Assembly (NCBI GenBank): GCA_943788915.1
Contig: CALSSD010000008.1
Span: 1-64,000 of the forward strand
Origin: an uncultured Acidimicrobiales bacterium
GTDB lineage: Bacteria > Actinomycetota > Acidimicrobiia > Acidimicrobiales > UBA10347
DNA length: 64,000 bases
Direction of reading: 5' to 3'
The notes beneath the pieces were generated by a model that had not been told where the DNA came from, did not search any database, and was given only the letters and a program-made list of their open reading frames with translations. This document shows, one piece after another, positions 40,913 through 50,996 of this stretch; within the stretch, counting starts at the first letter, position 1; every line of letters starts with the position of its first letter. The position numbers and the translations under genes are program-made.

Positions 40913-40962
40913 ATCATGAACAGGGGGTGTGACAATCACCTGTCACAGCAACCAGCTACACA
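40913..40962. promoter_or_regulatory. Back-to-back TGTCAC-type promoters
   Basis: TGTGACA-ATCACC-TGTCACA. Minus: TTGTCA-N11-CATGAT. Plus: CTGTCA-N11-TACACA, 5 nt before the vWA ATG. Confidence 0.6.
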
Positions 40963-40967
40963 ACAAC

Positions 40968-41696
40968 ATGCAGACTCCACAGCCAGTCCAACAACCAGAC
41001 CAAATCCACGCAACCGTGCTCCTCGACCGCTCCGGATCGATGAACTCACTCCGAGAACAAGTCATCACCGGATTCAACACCTTCCTCGCCGAACAACGAT
41101 CAAGCATCACTGACGCAGCCGCACTTGCTGTGTCGCTCATGCAGTTCGACGGACAAGAACCATTTCACGTCGCCATCGATGCCCTACCAGCAGCCGAGGT
41201 CATCGACCTCGAATGGGCCGACTACAAGCCCCGCGGTTCCACCCCACTTCTCGACGCCATCGGCCGACTCATCGAAACCCTCGACCACCGCATCGCAGAC
41301 CCCTCACACGCCGACGAAGAACAGATCATCTGCATCATCACCGACGGCGCCGAAAACGCCAGCACCGACTTCAACCCCCATCAGATCAAAGAACTCATCG
41401 AAGCTCGCACCGAAGCCGGCTTCGCGTTCATCTTCCTGGGCGCAAACCAAGACAGCTTCACCGCCGCCGAAACACTCGGCATGCAACGAGGCAACACCCG
41501 CAACTTCGCCCCATCAGGTCCCGGCGCACGCCGTGTATTCGAAGAAGTCAGCGGCACCGTCGCCCAACAACGAGGCCGAACCCCAGAAGAACGACTCTTC
41601 CAGAAAGACGAGCTGCTCGCCGCACGCATCCCCGAGGGCGAAATCCTCGGCGTAGAACCGCTCGGGCAAGAGCCCAACGGTCGTCCTCACCGCTAG
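40968..41696 (+). CDS. von Willebrand factor type A (vWA) domain protein
   Basis: MIDAS motif LDRSGSM, PRGSTPLLDAIG, ITDGAENAS, FIFLGANQD. Confidence 0.9.
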   Translation: MQTPQPVQQPDQIHATVLLDRSGSMNSLREQVITGFNTFLAEQRSSITDAAALAVSLMQFDGQEPFHVAIDALPAAEVIDLEWADYKPRGSTPLLDAIGRLIETLDHRIADPSHADEEQIICIITDGAENASTDFNPHQIKELIEARTEAGFAFIFLGANQDSFTAAETLGMQRGNTRNFAPSGPGARRVFEEVSGTVAQQRGRTPEERLFQKDELLAARIPEGEILGVEPLGQEPNGRPHR

Positions 41697-41762
41697 TCAG
41701 GACTCTCCGTGGCGCCAGAGAGCAGTACTAGTTCGCGCCAAGCGCCGTAGTAGAACGAGAGC

Positions 41763-42692
41763 GTGAAACAGATTGCTGAAGGACTGCGGTTCCCAGAAGG
41801 ACCGATCGCCATGGCCGATGGCTCGATCCTGCTGGTCGAGATCGAGAGACAAACACTGAGTCGGGTGCTGCCCGACGGCACCGTGACGGTCGTGGCCGAC
41901 TGCGGAGGCGGACCGAACGGCGCGGCGATCGGGCCCGATGGCGCCGTCTACATCTGCAACAACGGCGGGTTCAACTGGCGCTCGGTCGAAGGCATGCTGC
42001 TACCCGGTGTGCAGGCCACCGACTATCGCGGTGGTTCGATCCAGCGGGTCGACCTGGCATCCGGTGCGGTGACCACGCTCTACACCGAAGCCGAAGGTTG
42101 GCCGCTCAAAGGCCCGAACGACATCGTGTTCGACCGCCACGGCGGTTTCTATTTCACCGACCTGGGCAAAGGCCGCGAACAGGAGCTCGACCGAGGCGCG
42201 ATCTATTACGCGAAGACCGATGGTTCGTCGGTCGTCGCCGTGGCACGGCCGCTCATCACGCCGAATGGCGTGGGTCTATCACCGGCCGAGGATCGGTTGT
42301 ATTTCGCCGAGACCATGACCGGGCGGGTCCGGTACTGGGACTTGGAAAGCCCCGGCGTGATCAAGACTGCCGGCCACCAGCTGGCGTCGACCGCCGGCGC
42401 ACCCTCGGTGCTACTGGGTACGGTGCCCGGCGATGGTCGGGTCGACTCACTGGCGATTGACTCCGAGGGCAACGTGTGCGTTGCGACCTTGGGGACGGGC
42501 GCGGTAACCGCCTTCTCACCCCAGGGGGAGTTGCGAGCGATCGTGCCCGTACCCGGCGATCCAATGGTCACCAATGTGTGCTTCGGCGGTCCCGACTTAC
42601 GCACGGCCTACATCACCGCCTCGGCCTTCGGCACCCTGCAAGCCCACGAATGGCATTGTCCCGGCCACCCCCTGAACTTCCTGAACACCTGA
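41763..42692 (+). CDS. SMP-30/gluconolactonase family protein
   Basis: FPEGP, GPNG, GPNDIVFD, PNGVGLSP, DSLAIDSEG, TNVCFGG. Confidence 0.9.
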   Translation: MKQIAEGLRFPEGPIAMADGSILLVEIERQTLSRVLPDGTVTVVADCGGGPNGAAIGPDGAVYICNNGGFNWRSVEGMLLPGVQATDYRGGSIQRVDLASGAVTTLYTEAEGWPLKGPNDIVFDRHGGFYFTDLGKGREQELDRGAIYYAKTDGSSVVAVARPLITPNGVGLSPAEDRLYFAETMTGRVRYWDLESPGVIKTAGHQLASTAGAPSVLLGTVPGDGRVDSLAIDSEGNVCVATLGTGAVTAFSPQGELRAIVPVPGDPMVTNVCFGGPDLRTAYITASAFGTLQAHEWHCPGHPLNFLNT

Positions 42693-42802
42693 GGCCACCC
42701 GCTCGCGTCGGCGTCTTTCGCGACCAGACCGCACTTCGCTGATCTGGGCATGCATGACTAATGTTCGAGAACACCCCACTCCAACGAACCGAGGCGTGCC
42801 AA

Positions 42803-44191
42803 ATGTTGACCGGCCAGCAATACAAGGACTCGCTGCGCGACGGACGCGCCACCTACTTCGAGGGCGAACGTATCGACGACCTGCCGGCACATCCCCTGCT
42901 CGGCCAGACCGTCGACTACACCGCAGAGACCTACGACAAGTTCTACAACCCAGCCGCAGACGCGGTCAGCCCACTGCTCGCCGTGCCACGATCGGCCGAA
43001 GATCTTCGAGCGCTCCTACCCCTGCTCAACGAGGCAGGAATGATGGCTCACGTCACCTCGTCATCCATACAGACCCTCAAGACGGTCGCCGGGCGCATGA
43101 CCGACGTGAAGCCCGAATACCTCGAGCGCATGCAGATCTACATCGAGGAATCCCAAAAGTCCGACATCCGCATCACACAGTGCATCACCGATGCCAAAGG
43201 CAACCGCAGCAAATCACCTGGTGCCCAGGACGATCCCGATGCCTACGTGCGCGTCGTGTCGCGTCAACGAGACGGAATCGTGATCCGGGGTGCGAAGCTG
43301 CACATCACCGGCGCCTCGTTCGGGCACGATTTGATGACCATTCCAACAAAGTCGATGAAACCCGGCGAAGAGGACTACTCGGTCGCCTGCATGGTTCCGG
43401 TCAACGCCGAGGGTGTGCGCATCATCAACACCACCTACGCACCTCGCCACGAAGACGCACGAACCTTCCCGATCTCGGGTAAGTACCACTATCCCGAAGG
43501 TTTTGTGATCTTCGACGATGTCTTCGTGCCCCATGAGCGAGTCTTCCTCGACGGCGAAACCTCTTATGCAGCCGTGTTCGCGCACAGCCTCGGCCTCTGG
43601 GAACGACTCGGCGGACTCTCCGAATTCGTGAGCGAAGCCGACCATCTGGTCGGGTTCGCCCAGCTTGTAGCCGAGGCAAACGGCACCGCCGGCATCTCCC
43701 ACATCAAGGAGAAGATCTCCGAGATGATGATCCAGGCAACACTGATTCGGGCATCGCTCGAAGCCGCCATCTCCAACTGCAGCATCGGGCCCGACGGTGC
43801 AGCGTTCCCCAATGAACTGTTCGTGAACGCCGGCAAGTTCTACGGTGCCGCCAACTACAACACGATGGTTCGACATCTTCACGACATCGCCGGCGGCGCA
43901 GTGTTGACCGCACCAGCACCCGCCGACTTCGAGAACGAAGAGGTTGGTGACCTGGCCCGCAAGTACATGTCGACCGGCAACGACGTCGACGGCGAATATC
44001 GCTCAAAACTGATGTACGCCATCCGTGACCTCACCGCCGACTCCTACGGCGGATGGAAAGCAGTCACCAACCTGCAAGCCGGAGGTGGCCTCTACGCCCA
44101 ACGGATCGTGACCCGACGCCACTACGACCTCGACGAGGCAAAACGAGGCGCACTGGCCATCGCCGGCCTCAGCGAACACGACGCTCCCTGA
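42803..44191 (+). CDS. HpaB / 4-hydroxybutyryl-CoA dehydratase-family flavoprotein
   Basis: MLTGQQYKDSLRDGR, ITDAKGNRS, IRGAKLHITG, IFDDVFVPHERVFL, LHDIAGG. Confidence 0.85.
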   Translation: MLTGQQYKDSLRDGRATYFEGERIDDLPAHPLLGQTVDYTAETYDKFYNPAADAVSPLLAVPRSAEDLRALLPLLNEAGMMAHVTSSSIQTLKTVAGRMTDVKPEYLERMQIYIEESQKSDIRITQCITDAKGNRSKSPGAQDDPDAYVRVVSRQRDGIVIRGAKLHITGASFGHDLMTIPTKSMKPGEEDYSVACMVPVNAEGVRIINTTYAPRHEDARTFPISGKYHYPEGFVIFDDVFVPHERVFLDGETSYAAVFAHSLGLWERLGGLSEFVSEADHLVGFAQLVAEANGTAGISHIKEKISEMMIQATLIRASLEAAISNCSIGPDGAAFPNELFVNAGKFYGAANYNTMVRHLHDIAGGAVLTAPAPADFENEEVGDLARKYMSTGNDVDGEYRSKLMYAIRDLTADSYGGWKAVTNLQAGGGLYAQRIVTRRHYDLDEAKRGALAIAGLSEHDAP

Positions 44192-44206
44192 GCAGATGAT
44201 CCGCCG

Positions 44207-45430
44207 ATGACCGCAACGATCACCCTCGACGATGTTCAGGCCGAGGTCCGCGCATGGCTGGCACAGAACTGGGATCCGCAGCGCCCGCTCGGCGAGTGGT
44301 GGGCGATGCTGGCCGAAGCCGGCTGGGCGTTCCCCCACTATCCCACCGAATGGTCCGGTCGCGGCCTACCACCCGAAGCCGAACGCATCGTCGCTCACGA
44401 GATCACCGCCGCCGGCGCCTACGGGCCACCACGGGGCATCGCCACCATGATGGTTGCACCCCTTCTGCTCGAACGGGGCACCGAACAACAGAAACAGGAC
44501 TGGCTCCCCGGCATCGTCGACGGCACGACCGTGTGGTGCCAGCTGTTCTCCGAACCCGACGCCGGCTCCGACTTGGCAGGACTCACGACCCGAGCCGAAC
44601 GAGACGGCGACCAGTGGATCGTCAACGGCCAAAAGGTCTGGACCTCCGGCGCTCACTACGCCCAGCTGGCCATCCTTGTCGCCCGCACCGACGCAACCGC
44701 GGCGAAACACCATGGGCTCACCTTCTTCGTCATCGACATGAACCAGCCAGGCATCGAAGCCCGGCCGCTCGTGCAGATGACGGGCGATGCCGAGTTCAAC
44801 GAAGTCTTCTTGACCGATGCGGTACTGCCAGCCGACAACCTCATCGGCGACATCAACGAGGGCTGGGGTGTGACCCTGCGTCTGCTGTCCTATGAACGCA
44901 ACTCACTCGACCCCGAGGCCGACGCTGGCATCCATTGCCAACTCGACCTGGCCCGCCCCGCCGACGACTACGTAAGCGGGCGCATCGACGACGGGCTGCA
45001 AGGCTTCATGCCCAAGGGCTCCGAGTCATGGGCCATGCTTCGCGACCTGCTCGTGGACACCGACACAATCGCCGACCCGGTCATCCGCCAAGACGCCATG
45101 CGTATCTATTCCTGGCAGCAGATCGCCCGTTTCACCTCGCTGCGAGCCAACGCACAAGCCGAGGCCGGCAAGGTTGCTGGCCCCGAGGTGTCACTCGGCA
45201 AGTTGGCTTCCACCCGGGCCATGCGAGCATGGCGAGACCTGACACTTCGAGCGCTCGGATCCCAAGGGATGTTGAACGGCCCCGACGGCGCACTCGACGG
45301 ACGGATCACCCAGATCGGGTTGTCGGTCTCAGGTATGTCCATCGCCGGCGGCACCGACGAGATCCAACGCAACATCGTCGGCGAACAGGTGCTCGGTTTG
45401 CCCCGCGAGCCCCGCGCCCCCACCAACTAG
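44207..45430 (+). CDS. Acyl-CoA dehydrogenase family protein
   Basis: WCQLFSEPDAGSDLA, NGQKVWTS, EFNEVF, IAGGTDEIQRN. Confidence 0.92.
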   Translation: MTATITLDDVQAEVRAWLAQNWDPQRPLGEWWAMLAEAGWAFPHYPTEWSGRGLPPEAERIVAHEITAAGAYGPPRGIATMMVAPLLLERGTEQQKQDWLPGIVDGTTVWCQLFSEPDAGSDLAGLTTRAERDGDQWIVNGQKVWTSGAHYAQLAILVARTDATAAKHHGLTFFVIDMNQPGIEARPLVQMTGDAEFNEVFLTDAVLPADNLIGDINEGWGVTLRLLSYERNSLDPEADAGIHCQLDLARPADDYVSGRIDDGLQGFMPKGSESWAMLRDLLVDTDTIADPVIRQDAMRIYSWQQIARFTSLRANAQAEAGKVAGPEVSLGKLASTRAMRAWRDLTLRALGSQGMLNGPDGALDGRITQIGLSVSGMSIAGGTDEIQRNIVGEQVLGLPREPRAPTN

Positions 45431-45437
45431 AGCTCCC

Positions 45438-47054
45438 ATGACTGCCGCTCCCTCTCAGACCATCGCCTGCCAAACCATCAATGCAGGCGACTGGATACGC
45501 CTAAGTGCACAACGGTTCGGAGACCGAGACTGCTTCATCGACGAAGGCACCGGCACAACCCACACATTTGCGCAGACCAACGAGCGGGTGAACCGGCTTG
45601 CCAACGCGCTCGCTGCCGCTGGCATCGGGAAAGGCGACCGGCTGGTCATCCTTGCCAATGACTCGCACCGGTACATGGAGACCTTGTTGGCATCGATGAA
45701 ACTCGGTGCCACCTATGTGCCTCTCAACGTGCGCCTCGCCGCCTTCGAGATACAAAACCTGATCACTGCATCGGGCGCTCGGTGGCTGTTCGCGAGCAGC
45801 CGGTACGTCGAGATGGCTGCACAAATGACGACCCGAGACCAATCGCCGCTGAACATCATCGCGTACGAATCCACCGACACTCCCGCGACTGGCCCGGCGG
45901 ACATCACCATGTACGAGCCGTTCCTGGCCACCGGCGACACAACCGAACCGGGCGTCAACGTCGACGATCGTGACATCATCGGGCTTGCGTTCACCAGCGG
46001 CACCACCGGCCTGCCCAAGGGAGTGCTGCAGTCCCAAGGGATGATCAAAAACATGGTCATGGCCTGCCTGCTCGACTACGAGATCGGCCCCGACGAATGC
46101 CGCTATTCGGCAGCCCCGATGTTCCACATCTCAGGCATGGCGATGATCATGATGGGGGTCCTTCGGGGGTACCCCAACATCCTGGCCAGCCAATTCGACC
46201 CCGCCCAAGTACTCCAGTGGCTGGCTGATGACCGCCTAACCGGCTGCTTCATGGTCCCGACCATGTTGGCTTCAGTACTCGATCAACCAGGCGTCGACGA
46301 CCACGACTTCGACCGGCTTCAGTCGATCGTCTACGGCGCCGCCCCCATGCCACCCTCGCTGCTGCGGCGAGCGATGAACACGTTCTCATGCAACTTCATC
46401 CAGGCGTTCGGGGCCGGCACCGAAGCGGGCCTGCAAGCCGTGTTGACTCCGGCCGACCATCGGCGGGCGCTCGACGGCCACGAGTACCTGCTGACATCGA
46501 TCGGCAAACCGGCATCCAACGTCGACCTGCGGTTGTGCGACGACGACTTGAACGATGTTCCTGCCGGGACGGTCGGCGAGATCGTGACCCGCAGCGACAT
46601 GGTCATGTCGGGATATCTCGACAACCCTGAAGCCTCGGCCGACGCGCTCGCCGGTGGCTGGTTTCGGGCCGGGGACCTGGCGTGGATGGACGACGACGGT
46701 TACCTCTATCTCTCCGGTCGCAAGAAGGACATGATCATCCGCGGCGGCGAGAACGTGTATCCCATCGAGATCGAGACGGTGCTCTTCGAACACGACGCAA
46801 TCAAGGATGCGGCAGTCGTCGGCCACCCCGATGAACACTGGGGCGAAACCGTCGCCGCCTACCTGGTACTCGAACCCGGCGCAGCAACACCACCCGACGA
46901 CGAACTCGCCGCGTTCTGTCGATCGAAACTCGCCCGTTACAAGGTGCCAACCGACTATGTGTGGGTTGACACCTTTCCGTTGAACGCCAGCGGCAAGGTG
47001 TTGAAACGCGAACTCAGGTCACCGCACACGCCCGGCACTTCCTTGGAGGACTGA
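45438..47054 (+). CDS. AMP-binding acyl-CoA ligase
   Basis: FTSGTTGLPKG, AGD, GRKKDMIIRGGEN, NASGK. Confidence 0.92.
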   Translation: MTAAPSQTIACQTINAGDWIRLSAQRFGDRDCFIDEGTGTTHTFAQTNERVNRLANALAAAGIGKGDRLVILANDSHRYMETLLASMKLGATYVPLNVRLAAFEIQNLITASGARWLFASSRYVEMAAQMTTRDQSPLNIIAYESTDTPATGPADITMYEPFLATGDTTEPGVNVDDRDIIGLAFTSGTTGLPKGVLQSQGMIKNMVMACLLDYEIGPDECRYSAAPMFHISGMAMIMMGVLRGYPNILASQFDPAQVLQWLADDRLTGCFMVPTMLASVLDQPGVDDHDFDRLQSIVYGAAPMPPSLLRRAMNTFSCNFIQAFGAGTEAGLQAVLTPADHRRALDGHEYLLTSIGKPASNVDLRLCDDDLNDVPAGTVGEIVTRSDMVMSGYLDNPEASADALAGGWFRAGDLAWMDDDGYLYLSGRKKDMIIRGGENVYPIEIETVLFEHDAIKDAAVVGHPDEHWGETVAAYLVLEPGAATPPDDELAAFCRSKLARYKVPTDYVWVDTFPLNASGKVLKRELRSPHTPGTSLED

Positions 47055-48317
47055 TGGACATCGCAATCACCGGTATGGGAACAATCTCCCCGCTCGGCAC
47101 CACCGTGGATGATCTCTACGACGGGCTGTTGGCCGGCCAGATCGGCATCGGGATCGCGCCGTGGGCTACGAGCGTGGAAGAAGGCCTGTACGCGGCGGTC
47201 CACGACCGTTTCGATCCAACCGCGTCGATGGACCCGCGGGTTGTCGCCGGCACCGATGGTTTCGCCCGGTTCGCCATCGCCGCCTGTGCCGAAGCACTCA
47301 ACGATGCCGGACTCGACCCCGACTCGCTCGACCCGTTTACCACCGGCGTGGTGCACGGCACATCGATGGGCGGCCACTTCACCGTCGCTCGAGCGCAACA
47401 TCAACTGGAGCGCAACGGCGTCGACGCAACCGATCGCAAGACCCAGATCAAGATCTGGCCGAACATGGCCGCGGCCCAGATCTGCCTTGCATACGGACTG
47501 CACGGACCGTCGATCACGGTCACGACCGCCTGCGCGTCGTCGCTCGACGCACTCAACACCGCAGCGCTCTACCTGCGTGCCGGCTTGGCCGACGTCGTCC
47601 TCGTCGGTGCGACCGAAGGTGGCTACACCGCCGACGACGGTGACCATTTCCTGCCTGCGTTCGTGGCGGGCGAACGGGCCTATGGCATGAGCTCGGGCCA
47701 GACCGATCCCCACCGGGCGATGCTGCCGTTCGACGTCGATCGTGTTGGCATCGTGAGTGGCGAAGGATCGGCGTTCTTCGTGCTCGAGACGGCCGAACAC
47801 GCCGCTGCCCGCGGCGCCCGAATACGAGGGTGGTTCGGAGGTGGCGCGTCGTTGGCCGACGCCCATCATCCCAGCTCACCAGAACCCGAAGGCCGCTGGG
47901 AGCAGCTCGTGATGGAGCGTGCCCAGGCAGCAGCGAACGTCTCGCCCGAACCAGATCGATGTGATGATCGCGCACGCGACCGGCACCCCAAAAGGTGACC
48001 AGGCCGAGATCCGTGCCATCAACCGGGTCTTCGACACCAGTCAGCGGGTCGTGGCGACCGGTCTCAAGGGCAATACCGGTCACACAGGAGCATCGTCGGG
48101 TGCCATGAGCATCATCGCCGGCATACGAGCAATGGAGACGGGGAAGCTGGCGGCAATCGCCGGAACCAATGTCGTCGACCCCGAAGCCAACTTCGATGTG
48201 GCGGTGCATCGGCCAAGAGCGATGGATGTCGGCGTGTTCCAGGTGAACTCGTTCGGATTCGGGGGACAGAACGCATCCGTCATCATCAGCCGAGAGGCAA
48301 ACCATGCCGGTTCGTGA
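47054..48317 (+). CDS. Beta-ketoacyl synthase, FabF/KAS II-like (apparent frameshift near 47945)
   Basis: TTACASS Cys, GEG; second frame HATGT and TGHT His residues, NSFGFGGQN. Confidence 0.88.
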
Positions 48318-49842
48318 CGAAAGCTTCACCGTCGCAGCGTGCGTGGCCACCCATGCGCGTGCGGTCCCCGACCGGGTGGCGATCGACGAGATCACACCAT
48401 CGACCGGCACGACACGCAGCTGGACCTACGGCGAACTGTGGCAGCGCACCCAGGCGATCGGCGCTGCGCTCGAACCGGTGCAACCCGGACCGCATGGCCC
48501 CATGGTTGCACTGTTACTACCGAACGGCGCCGACCATATTGCGGCCTACCTCGCCTGCCAGCTCATCGGGGCAACCGCGGTGCCCATCAGCACCCAGCTA
48601 ACGGCACCCGAGATCGACTTCATCGTGCAAGACAGCGGCGCTTCACTGCTGCTCACCGCCCAGGCCTTCTTCGAACGCACGACTTCGCTCGAAGCCGACG
48701 TGAAGATCATCGACGCGGCAACGATCGACCCCGTCGAATCCGACCACGCGCCACCGCTCGCCATGGCAATGGGCGACGCTGCCCGCAATCGGCTCGCTGT
48801 CGTCGCCTACACCAGCGGAACAACCGGATTCCCCAAAGGTGTCAAGGTAACCAACGGTGACCTGCTCGAACGCGCCGCCCAATGGGGGTGGACATTCGGG
48901 CTCACCCCGTCGCACGTCCTCTCGACACCAGGGCCGATCTTCCACATGTCGTATGGCGGGCTCAGCCTGGCCCACCTGATCGCCGGCGGGTACAACCGGG
49001 TGCTGACCGAGTTCGACGCCACGTTTGCACTCACCGAGTACGCGCTGCATGCATCATGGGTGTTCCTGGTGCCATCGATGACGACAATGATCCACGACGC
49101 ATGGCTTCGACAGGGTCAGCCGCCGATGGAGCGACTCGATGTCGTCTTGTCATCGGGTGCGCCCGGACCACTGGCGTTGCTCGACGCCGCCTTCGACATG
49201 TTCCCCGCCGCAGCCATCATGGAGGCCTACGGCTGGACCGAAGGTGGCTGGCTCACCTACGAGCGGAAGGACCGAGACGCGCTTGTCCCCCACAGCGTCG
49301 GCTGGCCGATGATGCGATCCGAAATCGACCTGCGAAACGAAGCCGGCGAGCCTTGTGCGGTGAATGAACCCGGCGAAGTCGTCGCCCGACCGCTGACCAC
49401 ATTCCATGGGTACTTGGGGCGCGACGATGCAACCTCCGCAGCGACGACGGCCGACGGATTCTGCCGCTCGGGTGACGTCGGCATCATGTTGCCCGACGGA
49501 AGGTTGACGATCGTCGATCGCCTCAACGACATGATCATCTCCGGCGGCGAGAACGTGTACTGCGCCGAAGTCGAACGAGTCCTGTCCGAGCATCCCGGAA
49601 TCTCCCAGGTCGCCGTGTTCGGCCTCCCCGACGAACGTTGGGGCGAACGGGTGACCGCCGCCGTCGTGCTCGCCGATCACGGTCGAGACCAACCCGAGAT
49701 CACGACAGAAGACCTGCTCACCTTTGCCCGAGCAAACCTGGCTGGTTACAAGGCCCCGAAACAGATTCACGTCGTCGACGAGCTACAGAGAAACTCGATG
49801 GGCAAAGTGCAGAAGTTCGCCCTCGTCAAAACCTTCTCGTAG
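48304..49842 (+). CDS. AMP-binding acyl-CoA ligase
   Basis: YTSGTTGFPKG, YGWTE, SGD, DMIISGGEN, NSMGK. Confidence 0.92.
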   Translation: MPVRDESFTVAACVATHARAVPDRVAIDEITPSTGTTRSWTYGELWQRTQAIGAALEPVQPGPHGPMVALLLPNGADHIAAYLACQLIGATAVPISTQLTAPEIDFIVQDSGASLLLTAQAFFERTTSLEADVKIIDAATIDPVESDHAPPLAMAMGDAARNRLAVVAYTSGTTGFPKGVKVTNGDLLERAAQWGWTFGLTPSHVLSTPGPIFHMSYGGLSLAHLIAGGYNRVLTEFDATFALTEYALHASWVFLVPSMTTMIHDAWLRQGQPPMERLDVVLSSGAPGPLALLDAAFDMFPAAAIMEAYGWTEGGWLTYERKDRDALVPHSVGWPMMRSEIDLRNEAGEPCAVNEPGEVVARPLTTFHGYLGRDDATSAATTADGFCRSGDVGIMLPDGRLTIVDRLNDMIISGGENVYCAEVERVLSEHPGISQVAVFGLPDERWGERVTAAVVLADHGRDQPEITTEDLLTFARANLAGYKAPKQIHVVDELQRNSMGKVQKFALVKTFS

Positions 49843-49992
49843 CACCCTGCGCGCCGAACGTGGTTATGAGTACCCGCAGCCGCTCTGCTGAAAACGGCCG
49901 ACTCGGCCGGCATTTTGTTGCAACGGTGTAGCGCGGATGTGAACACCTCGGCTTCCACGCGATGATCGACAGGTCAGCCACCTGCCGCGACG

Positions 49993-50862
49993 TCAGTCGG
50001 CCAGGAAGGTGCGAGTCAGGTTCAGGAACTCGTCCAGCTGGTCGTGGTGGGCCCAGTGGCCGGCGCCGTCGATGTTCGCCACCTGTGCGTCCTGGAAATG
50101 GTCGGCCCGGCCGTCGGTTACCGGATCCGACGCCCATGACTCGCTGCCCCGGACCAGCAACGTGGGGCACGTGATGCGACTCCAGAGCTCGTGCTGATCC
50201 TCGAACGGCACCCTGACCGGCGAGAAGTTGCGCACGTAGTTATCGAACTTCCAGCTGAAGGTCCCGTCCTCGTTCTGATTGCTTCCGTGGATGGTCAGAT
50301 GGCGGGCCCGTTCCTCGGTCAGATGAGGATTCTCGGCCTGCATTCGCTCGTGCGCTTCCTCGAGCGTGGGGTAACGCCGTGGCAGGCGAGCCGAGGACTT
50401 GCGCAGGCCCTGCACCCAATCGTCGAGCCGCTTGTGGACGGGGACGTCGACCCACTCGGCGATCATCTCCGGCGGCGGACCCATGCCCTCGATCACGACC
50501 AGTTTCGCCACCGTCTCGGGATACAGACCCGCATACGTCAGTGAGACACCACCGCCCATGGAGTGGGCCACGATGGTGACCGGGTCCATCTTCTTCTGGT
50601 GAATCAGCTGCGCGATGTCATAGACATAGTCCACGTGGTGGTAGCTGGAGCCCACAGCCCACTGGCTGTCGCCGTGGCCCCGCAGATCCGGAGCGATGAT
50701 GTGATAGTCGTCGCGAAACGACTGAGCGACCCAGTCCCAATTCCGGCAGTGATCGCGTCCGCCATGGACCATCAGCATCGCCGGCGCGTCCTCGTTGGCC
50801 CAGTCCACATAGTGGAGCCGGAGCCGCTGAGAAAAATACGTGTGGGAGGTGGGGCCTTCCAT
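49993..50862 (-). CDS. Alpha/beta hydrolase
   Basis: SQRLRLHYVDW, HGGRDH, DLRGHGDS, AHSMGG, AGHWAHHD. Confidence 0.9.
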   Translation of the reverse strand: MEGPTSHTYFSQRLRLHYVDWANEDAPAMLMVHGGRDHCRNWDWVAQSFRDDYHIIAPDLRGHGDSQWAVGSSYHHVDYVYDIAQLIHQKKMDPVTIVAHSMGGGVSLTYAGLYPETVAKLVVIEGMGPPPEMIAEWVDVPVHKRLDDWVQGLRKSSARLPRRYPTLEEAHERMQAENPHLTEERARHLTIHGSNQNEDGTFSWKFDNYVRNFSPVRVPFEDQHELWSRITCPTLLVRGSESWASDPVTDGRADHFQDAQVANIDGAGHWAHHDQLDEFLNLTRTFLAD

Positions 50863-50996
50863 AACGCCTATGTGCTCCTGTGAATTGTCAGCCGTCTCAC
50901 AAGCTACCGGCCCAGCGGGTTTCGATGCACAGCCAACCGCCATGCTCAGCCGAGAACAGGCCAACCAGCGGCTCGGCGGTGAGACTGACCGGTGGG

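Noticed and set aside
40928..40947. TGTGA...TCACA as a CRP/GlxR site
   Set aside because: The spacer is 10 nt, not 6; better explained as two divergent TGTCAC promoter boxes.
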